Assembly: GCA_044892505.1 (NCBI GenBank)
Contig: CM097882.1
Span: forward strand, 279,992,001 to 280,056,000
DNA from: Schmidtea nova
Lineage: Eukaryota
Length of the DNA: 64,000 bases
Direction of reading: 5' to 3'
How positions within the stretch are numbered: position 1 is the stretch's first letter; each line of letters opens with the position of its first letter. The notes under the pieces were generated by a model. It saw only the letters and a list, made by a program, of their open reading frames with translations, did not search any database and had not been told where the DNA came from. The position numbers and the translations under genes are program-made. This document shows positions 26,757-37,288 of the stretch, piece after piece.

Positions 26757-29700
26757 TATTCTTTTTTGAGTAGTTTTATTAACCTAACAATCTATATTTT
26801 TAAATTTTCAAAGTTTTAATTAATTTTTATGGTTTACTTTAAAATTTTTATTTTTTATTGATTTTTATCAAGTTTTTGTGCTTATAATTTTTGTATTAGA
26901 ACTTTTTTATTAAACCCCAATATACTTCGAATCTGTCCGGATCATTAATTCACAATTGCGTGATCTATGGTCTTTGTGGTCGTCTTTCGCAGCTGACCCA
27001 CGAATCGCTGTTTCGGTTGGTCATTTTGAAAGACCTTTGTTGAAGAGCATCCTCCGCCACCTGCTCCTGGAGAAGTTTGATTTGCTTTATCATCTTTTTG
27101 GTGCCTTCCACATTTGTTTATGTGGCTTCGATCTTTAGGCACCGAAAACGATACTTCTCCATACGTTCGATCATCACCTTGAACTTTGTCTAAAGGAGCT
27201 TTTTCTCCTGTTCCACCTTGGACAACCTGATGCCAGTGCATATCTTAAAATCTCATCGAGTTTTGTTTTTATTATATAAAATTCAATAAGACACAATTTC
27301 ACCATTCAAACCAGACAAATTTTCGAACACTCGTTCAATACGAAATCGTTGCTCAGGCAGACCCGATCGCGATTCAATTTGGAAAATTCATTTATTGTTA
27401 GAAGCATTTAACACTTGTTGATGATATCGTCCGACTTAAGTCACGCTTGTTTCAATTATTAACAAGGTTCAAATTTAAGGTATATTTAATTTAAGGTGAC
27501 ACCAAGTCGGATTTGATTCTTATTGCAATACAATAAATATTTTATACCATTAGGTAAAATTATTTCAAGTTTAAATTAAAATTGCGGTAGTAATTTATAA
27601 TATTAAGTAAAGTTATTCTAGATTTAAATAAAAACAATTAAAAAATAAGATTATTTTCAAATTTTCAAATTCTGACCAAGGCCTTCTTAGTAACCGGCAA
27701 TGACCGAAATTCAAAAACTCTAATTTTTCCCTATCGCTCAGTTTATCTTCAGGACAAATGGATAACCAGATAATTTGAAATCTTATTAGGTATTTAATTT
27801 TTTCCCAATAAATTCTCAGCAAAAAAAATGTTTTAAGATCTATATAGTTTTCCCCAAAGATTTTAATAATTTGTCGATAATTAAGTAGCACAGTTGCATG
27901 CACACTAACTTCTCTTCTCCTAACTAGGATTTCATTGGTGGGTGGATAATATGCCAGATATTTATCTATAATATATATTATTGATTTTAGGTAACTATTT
28001 TTGGAAGTCTGGTTTTCTCATTTTCATCGTAATTTCAATGGTAAGTTATTCCTGTTGACTCTTAAACTTATTTCTTACTTATTTTTAAGAATTTATATCC
28101 TTTCTGGATCGTCACCTGGAATCGGCCCTCTAAAACCAACTATCCAGTTTTCTCAATTTCGAATTTTCTTAAATATTCGTACTAGTAAAACTCATAAACG
28201 GAAAATTTTGGAAATTATTATCGATACATCATCGAAAGATAAATCATGTGCATTCTATCGAAACTCCGTGTGTTTGATCTACCTTATTACAGGCAATTTT
28301 ATGAATGCGATAAATTATATAAAGTCGTTTATGAGCTTTATTCTCCTATTCTATATGATAATATAAAAATTGTAACTAAACTGCCCTGAAAAATTATTGC
28401 CCATGAATTATTTCACCATGGCACCAGAAATCTTTTATAATTATAGTTCTCCAGGCGTAAATGGTACATTTTGAACGATCAGGTTTTACGACAATTCAAT
28501 TTGCCTTTTGCGTCACAATACGTTTGATAGCACGGTAAAGTGGCAATCTAATATCCTTAACCAAATGGCTATGTATGGTTAAGTTTCCTAATCACTAAAT
28601 AGATTTGATTTAATTAAAACCTTAAGCCGAAAGATGATCGAATGTAGCTGTTTCTTTGTTTTAATTATGTTATTATTAAGGGGTTAGGGTGCCATATTGA
28701 GATAATAGATATGCAAGTTAATAAGTATAAACGTTAGTTGTTGAGCAAAATAAAAACTAAGGTTTGGGTCAATTTTTAATTAATATGTATTATCATGAAA
28801 TACGAAATTTAATGGAGTTCTTATACGAACATATAATTTTACAAAATAGACTCGTAATAAAGTAAAATTTATTCTTGTATTGAAATAGATTTTGATAGGT
28901 GGTTGACATAGATTTTTACAATACAGTTAATATCTTAAAATCAGATGGTATTTTTATGACATTTCCTAAACGTTTTAGTTTAGATTTCGACATAATATTA
29001 TTGGATTTTAGTATTTTCATAATTTTTAATAAAATCCTTACAATAAATTTTGCATACGATTTTTAAATTTCATTGTTGAGTTTAGTTGAATTTTATATTG
29101 GATTAGAATTGTAGAAAAAAATAAATTTCACTTTAAATTAAAATTTTCCAGTTAGGATATATAGTAAAAATTTAGCACATTATTTCCTTGTTAAATAAAA
29201 GGTAAATATTTTATATTAGAACAAAATAAACAAAATTTTTTTCAATAATTCATTTTTATGTTAAATCAAACCCAAATACGTTTTATTTCAAAATAAAATA
29301 ATTTTTATCTTAAACTAAAATTGGTAAGATTTCCATTAAGTAATCGATTCTGATAATTATTTTGATTTCGCGGTATGGTGTAGATGACGTAATGATTCAC
29401 AAAAGCTAAGATAAAATTAGGTTTATACTCGAGCGACTACGATTCTGCGCGAACACTTCATTTTTATATAAATGTTGATAAGTTCCAGTTCCTATGTAAA
29501 TTGTGACAGTCGGATAAAGCCTAGTATGAGATGAAGCGATATTGGATGTTTGGGCGCAACTTAGTTAGAATAATGGGTCAGAAAGCTAGAAGAACACCAG
29601 CTGACTAACGATCTAACTAAGAGACTAATGACGGTACAACATGATTGCTGGACCGTCATCAGATCATAGAAGCTTTTTTAAAGATTACTATTACTATTAC

Positions 29701-30012
29701 TCTTTAATTGACGCTGGCTGTGTGTATATCGATCTGGTCTAGTACTATCGACTCCAGTCTGTATTTACTGTTTAGAGAGAAAGTCAATCCTTTACTATCT
29801 TGTTTGTATTAAAAAGAATGATAAAAATTTGTTAAATTCATTTCTTGCATTAAATCCCGTAATTCGTATCATAGTAGTAAACTTTGATGACCTTGAGCTA
29901 CCTATAAATATTAAAATTTTTCCACCAAACTTTTTCTCTAGTGTTTCTAGCTTAAATGGAACGATTCTTGGGGGTCAGACATTAAAAAAATAAAAGAATA
30001 TTTTTTTTCATG

Positions 30013-30200
30013 NNNNNNNNNNNNNNNNNNNNNNNNNNNNNNNNNNNNNNNNNNNNNNNNNNNNNNNNNNNNNNNNNNNNNNNNNNNNNNNNNNNNNNNN
30101 NNNNNNNNNNNNNNNNNNNNNNNNNNNNNNNNNNNNNNNNNNNNNNNNNNNNNNNNNNNNNNNNNNNNNNNNNNNNNNNNNNNNNNNNNNNNNNNNNNNN
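30013..30200. other. N run (188 nt)
   Basis: Ns in the sequence. Confidence 0.99.
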
Positions 30201-30389
30201 TTATTCTTTTTCTATTATTTTTATTAATTTTTATTATGGTCTTTATTATTATTTGTTGTGGTTATTATTATTATTATGGTTACCGTTGAGATCATGGCGT
30301 GTGTCATTGTAGACATCAGTTAACCCCTCCCCCCAATAATTTGCGTGCATTATTTTGGAAAATTTAATTGTTTTATCATTATTATTTAA

Positions 30390-30446
30390 TGTAAATTTGA
30401 ATTTGGCTTGCTATAGCAAATTGCTATAGTAAGCCAAATTACAAAT
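30390..30446. repeat. 57-nt hairpin element, copy 1
   Basis: TGTAAATTTGAATTTGGCTTGCTATAGCAA-A-TTGCTATAGTAAGCCAAATTACAAAT, identical to 38467-38523. Confidence 0.9.
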
Positions 30447-30852
30447 TAAGGAAATCGATTGTTTTAATGAACAAAAGATAGATCAGAAAATTAGAAAATT
30501 GTGTACAGAAAAAGAAATATAGAAAATTGATCAGAAATTTAAAAAGATAAAGAGAAATTGTCAAGACAAATAAAATATAATGAAAATCCTGGTGGTCATA
30601 TAAACTTTTGATTTATTTCTAGCGTTTTAGAAAAACTTTATTATTATCCCATTTGTATCCTCCAAATTTCAACAAAGAAAAACTTTCAGAACTCATTCTG
30701 AACTCCTCTGCCAAATCAACTAGAAAGAATATATTACAAGTAATTTTTCGTGGTTGTTAGTGTTTGATATAGTACCTTTTATTTACTAAATATAACTTTT
30801 GTATAATAATTTGTTTGTTGTTCGTTCTTTGTTGAATTTTATTTATATATTT

Positions 30853-30981
30853 TTGTAAACACTACATAAGCAGGCACCCCAATTGTCCCCACAATAAGTT
30901 TTGGGAGACTCTTTTGGGCTCTTACAAATTCTTATAGATAACCTCTAACAACAAAATAAACATTTCAACTGGTGTCAGAAG
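30853..30981 (+). mobile_element. LTR 3' end plus primer-binding site of a gypsy-like retrotransposon relic
   Basis: TG...AATAAA...CA followed by TGGTGTCAGAAG (30970-30981), complementary to a tRNA-Leu 3' end. Decayed sequence follows to about 31720. Confidence 0.55.
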
Positions 30982-31723
30982 CAAACACAACATACACACT
31001 CGTCGTTTTTTCAAACGTTAACGCCTTAGTAAAATAATGAATTATAACTAGAATAAAATAAAAGTTCCTGATATGGGAAGATTGGGGGAATGATCCCGAA
31101 AGTCCAATACCGAACAAGAAAACCTCGCTTACGTTTTCTTAATCGGTGAAAATTTTTCGTGAAAATTCGTAGTAGTGAACGACGGGAGATTTGATTATGG
31201 ATTTGCGGATCCTGGTAAAAAGTCCTCTGCTTCTCTCTTAACGAATTATCCGTAATATATAAACTTGTATTTCGGGTTTCGTTAGTCGACGGTTTGTTCT
31301 CACCTAGCTTGAAAAATTACAATGTTCGGTGTTTCGAGAATTGGTAGAAAAGTTTTGTTTTCAAATAAAATTTTTCTAGGGTTGAAAGTTGCAAATTAGA
31401 GTTAATGGATTATTTTTGCGTATTACGATGGGAAAGCTGAGGAGCGCATCAGTGGCAATTGTGAGAGAAAGTAATCACGAAGGAATTAATTTTCATTTTG
31501 CGAAGTGAGCGTGAATTATAGAGATTGGCTGAAATAATAAACTTGGTAAACATACAACTTAATAAATTGATTAGCGTGAATAGTGGAAATTCGCTACAAA
31601 TAAGGACAAAAGTCCCAGACAAGCATTTACCCACTTACGAATATGCTTGAAAATTACGACCTAAAGCCTGCTGAATTTTGAATGCTCCTAACTTCAAAAG
31701 AATTAAAAATTTGTATTATTCAA

Positions 31724-32127
31724 TCGGTTGGGTTTCAGTAAACTTGTAAGGGGGGTACAGGGGACACGGATGTTTCTATGCACGCCCAAGGGCGTGCTAT
31801 ATAGTGAGCCATGGCTCACTAATGAAACATCCGTGCCCCCCCCTGTACCCCCCTTACAAGTTTACTGAAACCCAACCGACCGCATCTACCTTAGGTAGCC
31901 TTTAAATGAAAATATTTACTCAAGTCATTATCCAAATATCTTTATATTAAGTTAAGTAACAGTAGCTTACTCTATATAAAAAGTTATACATTACTCAAGT
32001 AATGAATCAATATATTTTACTTGAGTAATGTAAAACATATATGCTAAGTTAAGTTATAATATCTTACTTTATATAAAAAGTTATACATTACTTAAGTAAT
32101 GAATCAATATTAAATCAATGAATTCAA
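31724..32127 (+). repeat. Left ITR: complete Y-shaped hairpin (31724-31879) plus inner promoter region
   Basis: Stem TCGGTTGGG...CACGGATGTTTC pairs with GAAACATCCGTG...CCCAACCGA. Arms are GCACGCCC-AA-GGGCGTGC (31780-31797) and TAGTGAGCCATGGCTCACTA (31802-31821). The inner part has a duplicated TATATAAAAAG...CATTACTYAAGTAATGAATCAATAT block (about 97-bp period) ending at ATG 32118. Confidence 0.92.
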
Positions 32128-32789
32128 TAGCAATTTATAATGCTCTTGGGATCTTTATGGAAAAATTTGTTACTAATAATCATTTTGAGTTTAACGATGA
32201 TCATGCTAAGCTGGTTGATTCGTTGTGGGCTAAATATAATCCGTTCCCTTTTCCGGAATATAAAAGCTATGAGTATAAGCTTCTGGGAATCGCTACGATT
32301 CTTAATCTACAGGCAGGTAAGACAAAGACTATTATGTTAGAAGGTGTTTCGAATGCAGGCAAGACCACGTTTACGGCCATATGCAGAGGCAAGTTAAAAC
32401 ATGGATTTTTTACTGGAGCTCAGACAGCTAGCGAATTTGTATTTGATGACTGTGTTGACAAGCAACTTATTATTGGAGAGGAGATTTATTGTGATCATCG
32501 TAATGTTAATCTTATCAAACTTTTATGCGAGGGCAATATTTTTCTACATGTATCTCAAAAGAACAAACAAAAGACTGGTCTTCCGAAGGTTCCTGTTGTC
32601 ATTACGAATAATTATCCTATTTGGCAATTTGCTAGTGCTCATAGACAATCATTACTGAATCGTTCGTTGTATATAAAATGTGACACTCCATATTATATGG
32701 GTATCCAAGGTGATGTTTTAGATGATGTTCATAGTATAGACAGTGTTAAATATGATACTTTTAAAAAAATAGATAAATATCTTAAATAA
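32118..32789 (+). CDS. Stand-alone SF3 helicase of the parvovirus NS1 type (no HUH domain)
   Basis: Intact 223-aa ORF with Walker A EGVSNAGKT, FVFDDC, Walker B LIIGEE, motif B' KLLCEG...VSQKNK, motif C PVVITNN and an arginine-finger region LLNR. Confidence 0.88.
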   Translation: MNSIAIYNALGIFMEKFVTNNHFEFNDDHAKLVDSLWAKYNPFPFPEYKSYEYKLLGIATILNLQAGKTKTIMLEGVSNAGKTTFTAICRGKLKHGFFTGAQTASEFVFDDCVDKQLIIGEEIYCDHRNVNLIKLLCEGNIFLHVSQKNKQKTGLPKVPVVITNNYPIWQFASAHRQSLLNRSLYIKCDTPYYMGIQGDVLDDVHSIDSVKYDTFKKIDKYLK

Positions 32790-32822
32790 CTTTATTTTTA
32801 TAACATTTCAATAACAATAACG

Positions 32823-34789
32823 TTAAACCGTAACATGTGTCATTCCACTTGTTCCAAACGCGACCACCTCCGGCCGAAGGAATCTAGCAGCATTGTCTTC
32901 CATCGATGGAAAAAAGTTTTCAGTCTTTGCACTGCCATCGGCTTTGTATTTTTCGCACCATACAAACATCGGGGCATAGTAAGGAATACTAGGTACTACC
33001 CATTTAGTAGTGGGTTGCCAAGGTCTTAAAACTGCCGTATCCCATTGAGTTAGCCGTCTCGTATTTGTAGTGGGAAATGATCCAAATAACTCAATTGTAT
33101 AACTTATCTTCCACTGAAAGGTACAAGTCAAATTTATTTTGTTACGATTAGGTCCCATCATTGTGTTTAATTTAATAAATAGCATAGGCATTGGATTATG
33201 TTCACTGCATTCTTCTAAATTAGCCAAGTGCGTGTAATGATACCACATTTCACTACTTTCATCCCATTTTTTTTCTATGAGTTCGGTATGTCCATCTGTA
33301 AGTTTCTCGTGTATAGTCCTTTTTACTTGTTCGTATTGGAATTGCCTTTTTTATGATCGACAGTTTTATGTACAAATCCAAATATTTGCAATTGACTAGG
33401 ATAAGGACACTTTCTTTTGTCTTTGGTAAATGACATTCTACCAATTGAACCCAGTACTTGTCTAAATGGTTTAATCTTTCGACAACCAAAGAAATCAAAC
33501 CTATACCAGGGAATATCGGCCGTGTCTAATACTGTGTTAATATTTGTATGTTGATCTTGCCATTCTCTGATGTATCTGGGAGCATTTTTTTTTACTTGCA
33601 GTATAATCATAACTATAACTACTGTCAACGTTACAATTTATTATTTCTACTTCGGCACATGTTTCAATGATGTAATTCCATCCTGCTGGATTTAATTTTA
33701 TAGGAGTAAGTAACGCAAGACTTCCATCTAGTTTAAAACCATTATGCTAAGTTGCTTCATCTAACCACATATCTTTGAATGATTTTGCACCATCGGGGGG
33801 TTCACGCAAGGTCAAAATAAATATTTATCGTCCTTGTACACTAAAAACTTCACCTGTTGTTGTAAGCCATTGAAATTATTGGCGCTAGTTTCCCCGATAA
33901 CCTGTATATTAACGATTTCGTAGTGCATATCAATGGGTTTCCACCAAAGGTACCGGTTAATTGCCGACCAAAAGTCCGGATTTGAAGCCATAATATGAGG
34001 ATAAGGGTACTCGAGATTGATATTGTACCACTCATTGATCTCGGTAGTTTGAATGCATGAGGCCCCACAGTTGGTGGTGGTAAAAGATATTCTATTTCCT
34101 TCGAGAGTCGGTCGGTGGTCTCCCTGAGATCCACGTAAAATTCCTCCTCCGCCTCCTGAACTACTTGTTCCTGCACCAGTTGGTGCTGGGGTTGTAGGCG
34201 CTGCTGCCATTTCATTAAGAGCTTGTGTAACTGTATTAATGCCTTTATGTTTCCTGACTTCGTTATTATATACATCTATATGTTCATTGACAACTGACCA
34301 ATGATCGTGGACTACGACATCATCTCTATTTCCATAGGCTTTATATAATTTTTTTTCGTATGCTAGCATGTCAGCCGTGTAAGCCGCACTCCATATACCA
34401 TGTGTCGGAGATTTATCGTGATTATACTGCCTTAAGTAATTTAAAACTCTCCCTCTTTGTACTGTTTGGAAATGATTATTTTTAACTTTATATTCTTCGT
34501 GTTTGATTTTATGTAAGAACTTTTCAAATTTTTCGTGTAAGTGACCGGTAGTATGAAACTCTTTTTTGATAATAGGCTTATCAGTAGGTAAACTTCTTTT
34601 TACCCTATCGGGAACTTCTGGAATTAAATCATCTGTATCCGGATCAGCATAGTCGTGATTTAATTTAAAAACTTTGTTTTCGACTATGCCATCTAGACTT
34701 TCTAATTGTCTCATAGTATTACCGATTGCTTGTTGAATCCTCTGTATAGGACTTAAATCTGGTCTTCTTTGGAAAAAATACGCATACAT
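32823..34789 (-). pseudogene. Parvovirus/densovirus-like capsid gene (about 650 aa reconstructed), three frameshifts and one stop
   Basis: A Gly-rich linker (GAGTSSSGGGGG) precedes a beta-rich region (..RYLWWKPIDMHYEIVNIQV..). The late PMPMLFIKL...TFQWKISYTIEL segment resembles parvovirus VP. The pieces join with single-base changes in homopolymers at about 33815 (T4), 33590 (A9) and 33350 (A6). There is an in-frame TAG at 33747-33749. A minus-strand AATAAA lies at 32791-32796. Confidence 0.72.
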
Positions 34790-34847
34790 CCATTTGTTCC
34801 TTTGTATTAGTTCCGGTAAGAATTTGAACCATTTCCACCACTAATGT

Positions 34848-35762
34848 TTAATAATTTCTTCGTCTGTGTATTTGTTTTTTTTCGAATATTTTAGATATAT
34901 CATTCAAATCGGTCTGGTCCATCCATCTTTTAATTATATCTTTCGCGTACTTCTGATATTTTTGAGAATTATTAATATACCTATCTAGTTCTTTGTGCTC
35001 ATCTAAATACCTAGAATGTAGTGTATACTGGTCTTGTTTATTATATAGAAATAACTCCCGCAAGTCTACTTTTTTATATAGTTCCTCTAGGTGAAAAACA
35101 TCAATTAAATCTTCAGAATTTACATAATCAAAAAAAGCTTTCTCGTCTTTACTATATTCAAACATAAATTCTTTAGTACTGTTATATTTGCCTCCTTTTA
35201 CATTTTGTAAAGCTATCATAATAATAACACTAACAGTCTGCCCTATAACTGCACCTCGACGAGTTGCAAAACGTCCCAATGAATTGAAGGTAGGTTTACC
35301 GTAATTACGTAATGCATAATTCAAGGTTCGACTATTAAATTTCCAATTTAGGCCCATAGTATTAAATACGTCACTTCTGATGGACTTTAAACTGTTACTC
35401 ATTAATAAATCATGATATGGGTTAGACCTTAATTTATTTTCCAGCGAACTAATACTTTTTATAATTGTAGGTTTAATAGTAGTGCTATAAATTTTATACA
35501 TAAATGTTAAAGAATCATAATACCAATTCTGATCAACTTTTTTAATATCCCTACCACCACTTAAGAACTTAACAATAGACGTTGAATATTCTAAATTTTG
35601 AACATAATTCTTCATGGCCCTTCGTTCCTCTGGTGTAAGAGTATGACTATTTATTAAACCTAATTTACTTTCTATGACATTCTTTAACTCAAAAACAAAT
35701 ATAATTAAATTACCAATTACTTCTTCTTCTGTGGTTTTCCCTCTAAGATATCTAATATTCAT
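34848..35762 (-). CDS. Orphan 304-aa viral ORF upstream of the capsid gene
   Basis: Uninterrupted ATG-to-stop ORF inside the ITR-bounded element, with a basic C-terminus (KKQIHRRRNY). No motif recognised. Confidence 0.7.
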   Translation of the reverse strand: MNIRYLRGKTTEEEVIGNLIIFVFELKNVIESKLGLINSHTLTPEERRAMKNYVQNLEYSTSIVKFLSGGRDIKKVDQNWYYDSLTFMYKIYSTTIKPTIIKSISSLENKLRSNPYHDLLMSNSLKSIRSDVFNTMGLNWKFNSRTLNYALRNYGKPTFNSLGRFATRRGAVIGQTVSVIIMIALQNVKGGKYNSTKEFMFEYSKDEKAFFDYVNSEDLIDVFHLEELYKKVDLRELFLYNKQDQYTLHSRYLDEHKELDRYINNSQKYQKYAKDIIKRWMDQTDLNDISKIFEKKQIHRRRNY

Positions 35763-35780
35763 TATAAGGTCTTTGTCACT

Positions 35781-36344
35781 ATGGAACCTTTTGGTCCGAT
35801 CAGAAGTTTGACCATATATTATGTCTTGTTAAAGGCACTGTTCATCAATTTGATTGATAGGTATCGAAAATTTTTTAGGTTTATTATTTTTATCCAGTCT
35901 GATATCTGTACTAGTTCCAGGACCACAAAAGAGGGACAAGATCGGTGCACAGTGTGCATAGTATTCCGCAACGCACTTCGCACTCTACGATCGATGAAGT
36001 CAGAGAGAACCTTGACAAGTATAGGGAAATGGAAGCTTGTCAATTGGTGGCAAAGATTAATAATGACTCTGCTGCCGCAATGGGAAATATGTCAAACAAT
36101 ACGAACGATAATATTTTCCGAAAACGTTTCTACCTATGGTCCTTTAATATCGGCGTCTCCTTTTTTAAGCAACACGAAGAAATACTTCGAGGATTATGGA
36201 GTGATCCTAAGATCACAAAGTTCTTTACAGGACAGGAGGAGATTGGGGATAATGGTTTCCGACATCTGCAATGTATGCTGGAGACTGTCAGAAATTATAC
36301 AATCTCGGCTGTCCGAGCCCAGTTCAAAATACCTTTGTCAGTAG
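35781..36344 (+). CDS. Possible overlapping accessory ORF (187 aa) in an alternative frame over the Rep 5' end
   Basis: ATG-initiated and long for AT-rich DNA. Starts 18 bp from the divergent ORF at 35762. No recognised motif. Confidence 0.35.
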   Translation: MEPFGPIRSLTIYYVLLKALFINLIDRYRKFFRFIIFIQSDICTSSRTTKEGQDRCTVCIVFRNALRTLRSMKSERTLTSIGKWKLVNWWQRLIMTLLPQWEICQTIRTIIFSENVSTYGPLISASPFLSNTKKYFEDYGVILRSQSSLQDRRRLGIMVSDICNVCWRLSEIIQSRLSEPSSKYLCQ

Positions 36345-37204
36345 CATCCGGCTACTGAGCGAGCAGCAGTCTTCCAATATGCGACAAAATCAGAGACCCG
36401 ACAGCCAAATGGACTTTCAATCTTATATGGTGAACAGAGTAAGAAATTTTCTGAAAATAATTTTAAATCAGCTCTTAACTGTACATCTTATTCTGAGGCA
36501 ATACAAATTATTAAAGACAAAGAGCCTTTTCATTATATTACAAAACGGAAAGTAATAATAGAAAGTTTATTGAATGAATAGGGCAGGCCTACAATGCCTA
36601 ATTTTAATAATTTTACTATCAATCCAGTTAATATTTACGACATGCCTAGTCATGTATTTCTTGGTCCGACTGGCATTGGAAAGACAAACTTCGCATTGAG
36701 CCATTTCACATGCCCAGTTCATGCAAAACATATGCAATTACTAGGCAGAATCAGTTCAGATACAACGAAAACAGATAGCATCGTTTTTGATGATCTTTAT
36801 TTCAATAAATTTAGCTCCTCAGAATTTTTAAGCTTAGTAGATTTAGCTTTTGACAATTGCATTAATATCAAATACTCAGTAGCTATAATACCAAAATGCA
36901 TGTCTCGAATATTTTGCATCAATACATTTGATAATTTTTTCCCTGACAATATATCTCCAGAAATACAAAAAGCTATTAATAGTCGCATTGTAATTCACCA
37001 TTTTACTGAAAAGCTATATAGTGAATATATAAATGAAAATGAAGTATTTTTTATATTACTACTTAATAACCTTGTTTTTAGGTGATAGAAAATCCATACC
37101 GGAATACGAACCAGCTGTTCAGGAGTTTTCTAGAGGAAGCGGAAACAGGAGCTTCTCCAGTGTTACCTGTAGATATTGCGGACGAGCTGTTCGAATCTTC
37201 ATAG
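36029..37204 (+). pseudogene. rep: CRESS-DNA/circovirus-like Rep (HUH endonuclease plus SF3 helicase), interrupted
   Basis: Motif I FYLWSFN and motif II GQEEIGDNGFRHLQCML. After a +1 shift at about 36350, motif III VFQYATKSETR. In-frame TAG at 36579-36581, then Walker A FLGPTGIGKT, Walker B IVFDD, IKY..AIIP..RIFCIN and AINSR. A possible 38-nt intron (37044-37081) adds an acidic tail ending at TAG 37202-37204. Confidence 0.85.
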
Positions 37205-37288
37205 GAGTCTGTGACACTACATTTTAATTTGAACAGTTAACATTGTGATTTGTTTCGTATTAACTTAGTTCTCAATTAAACATTGTTG

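Noticed and set aside
31724-32117. CRESS-type nonanucleotide origin (NANTATTAC) in a stem-loop
   Set aside because: None was found in the hairpin loops. TATACATTAC at about 31986 does not fit the consensus and is not in a loop.
33812-35762. Parvoviral phospholipase A2 domain
   Set aside because: No YxGPG calcium loop or HDxxY catalytic motif was seen in either ORF.
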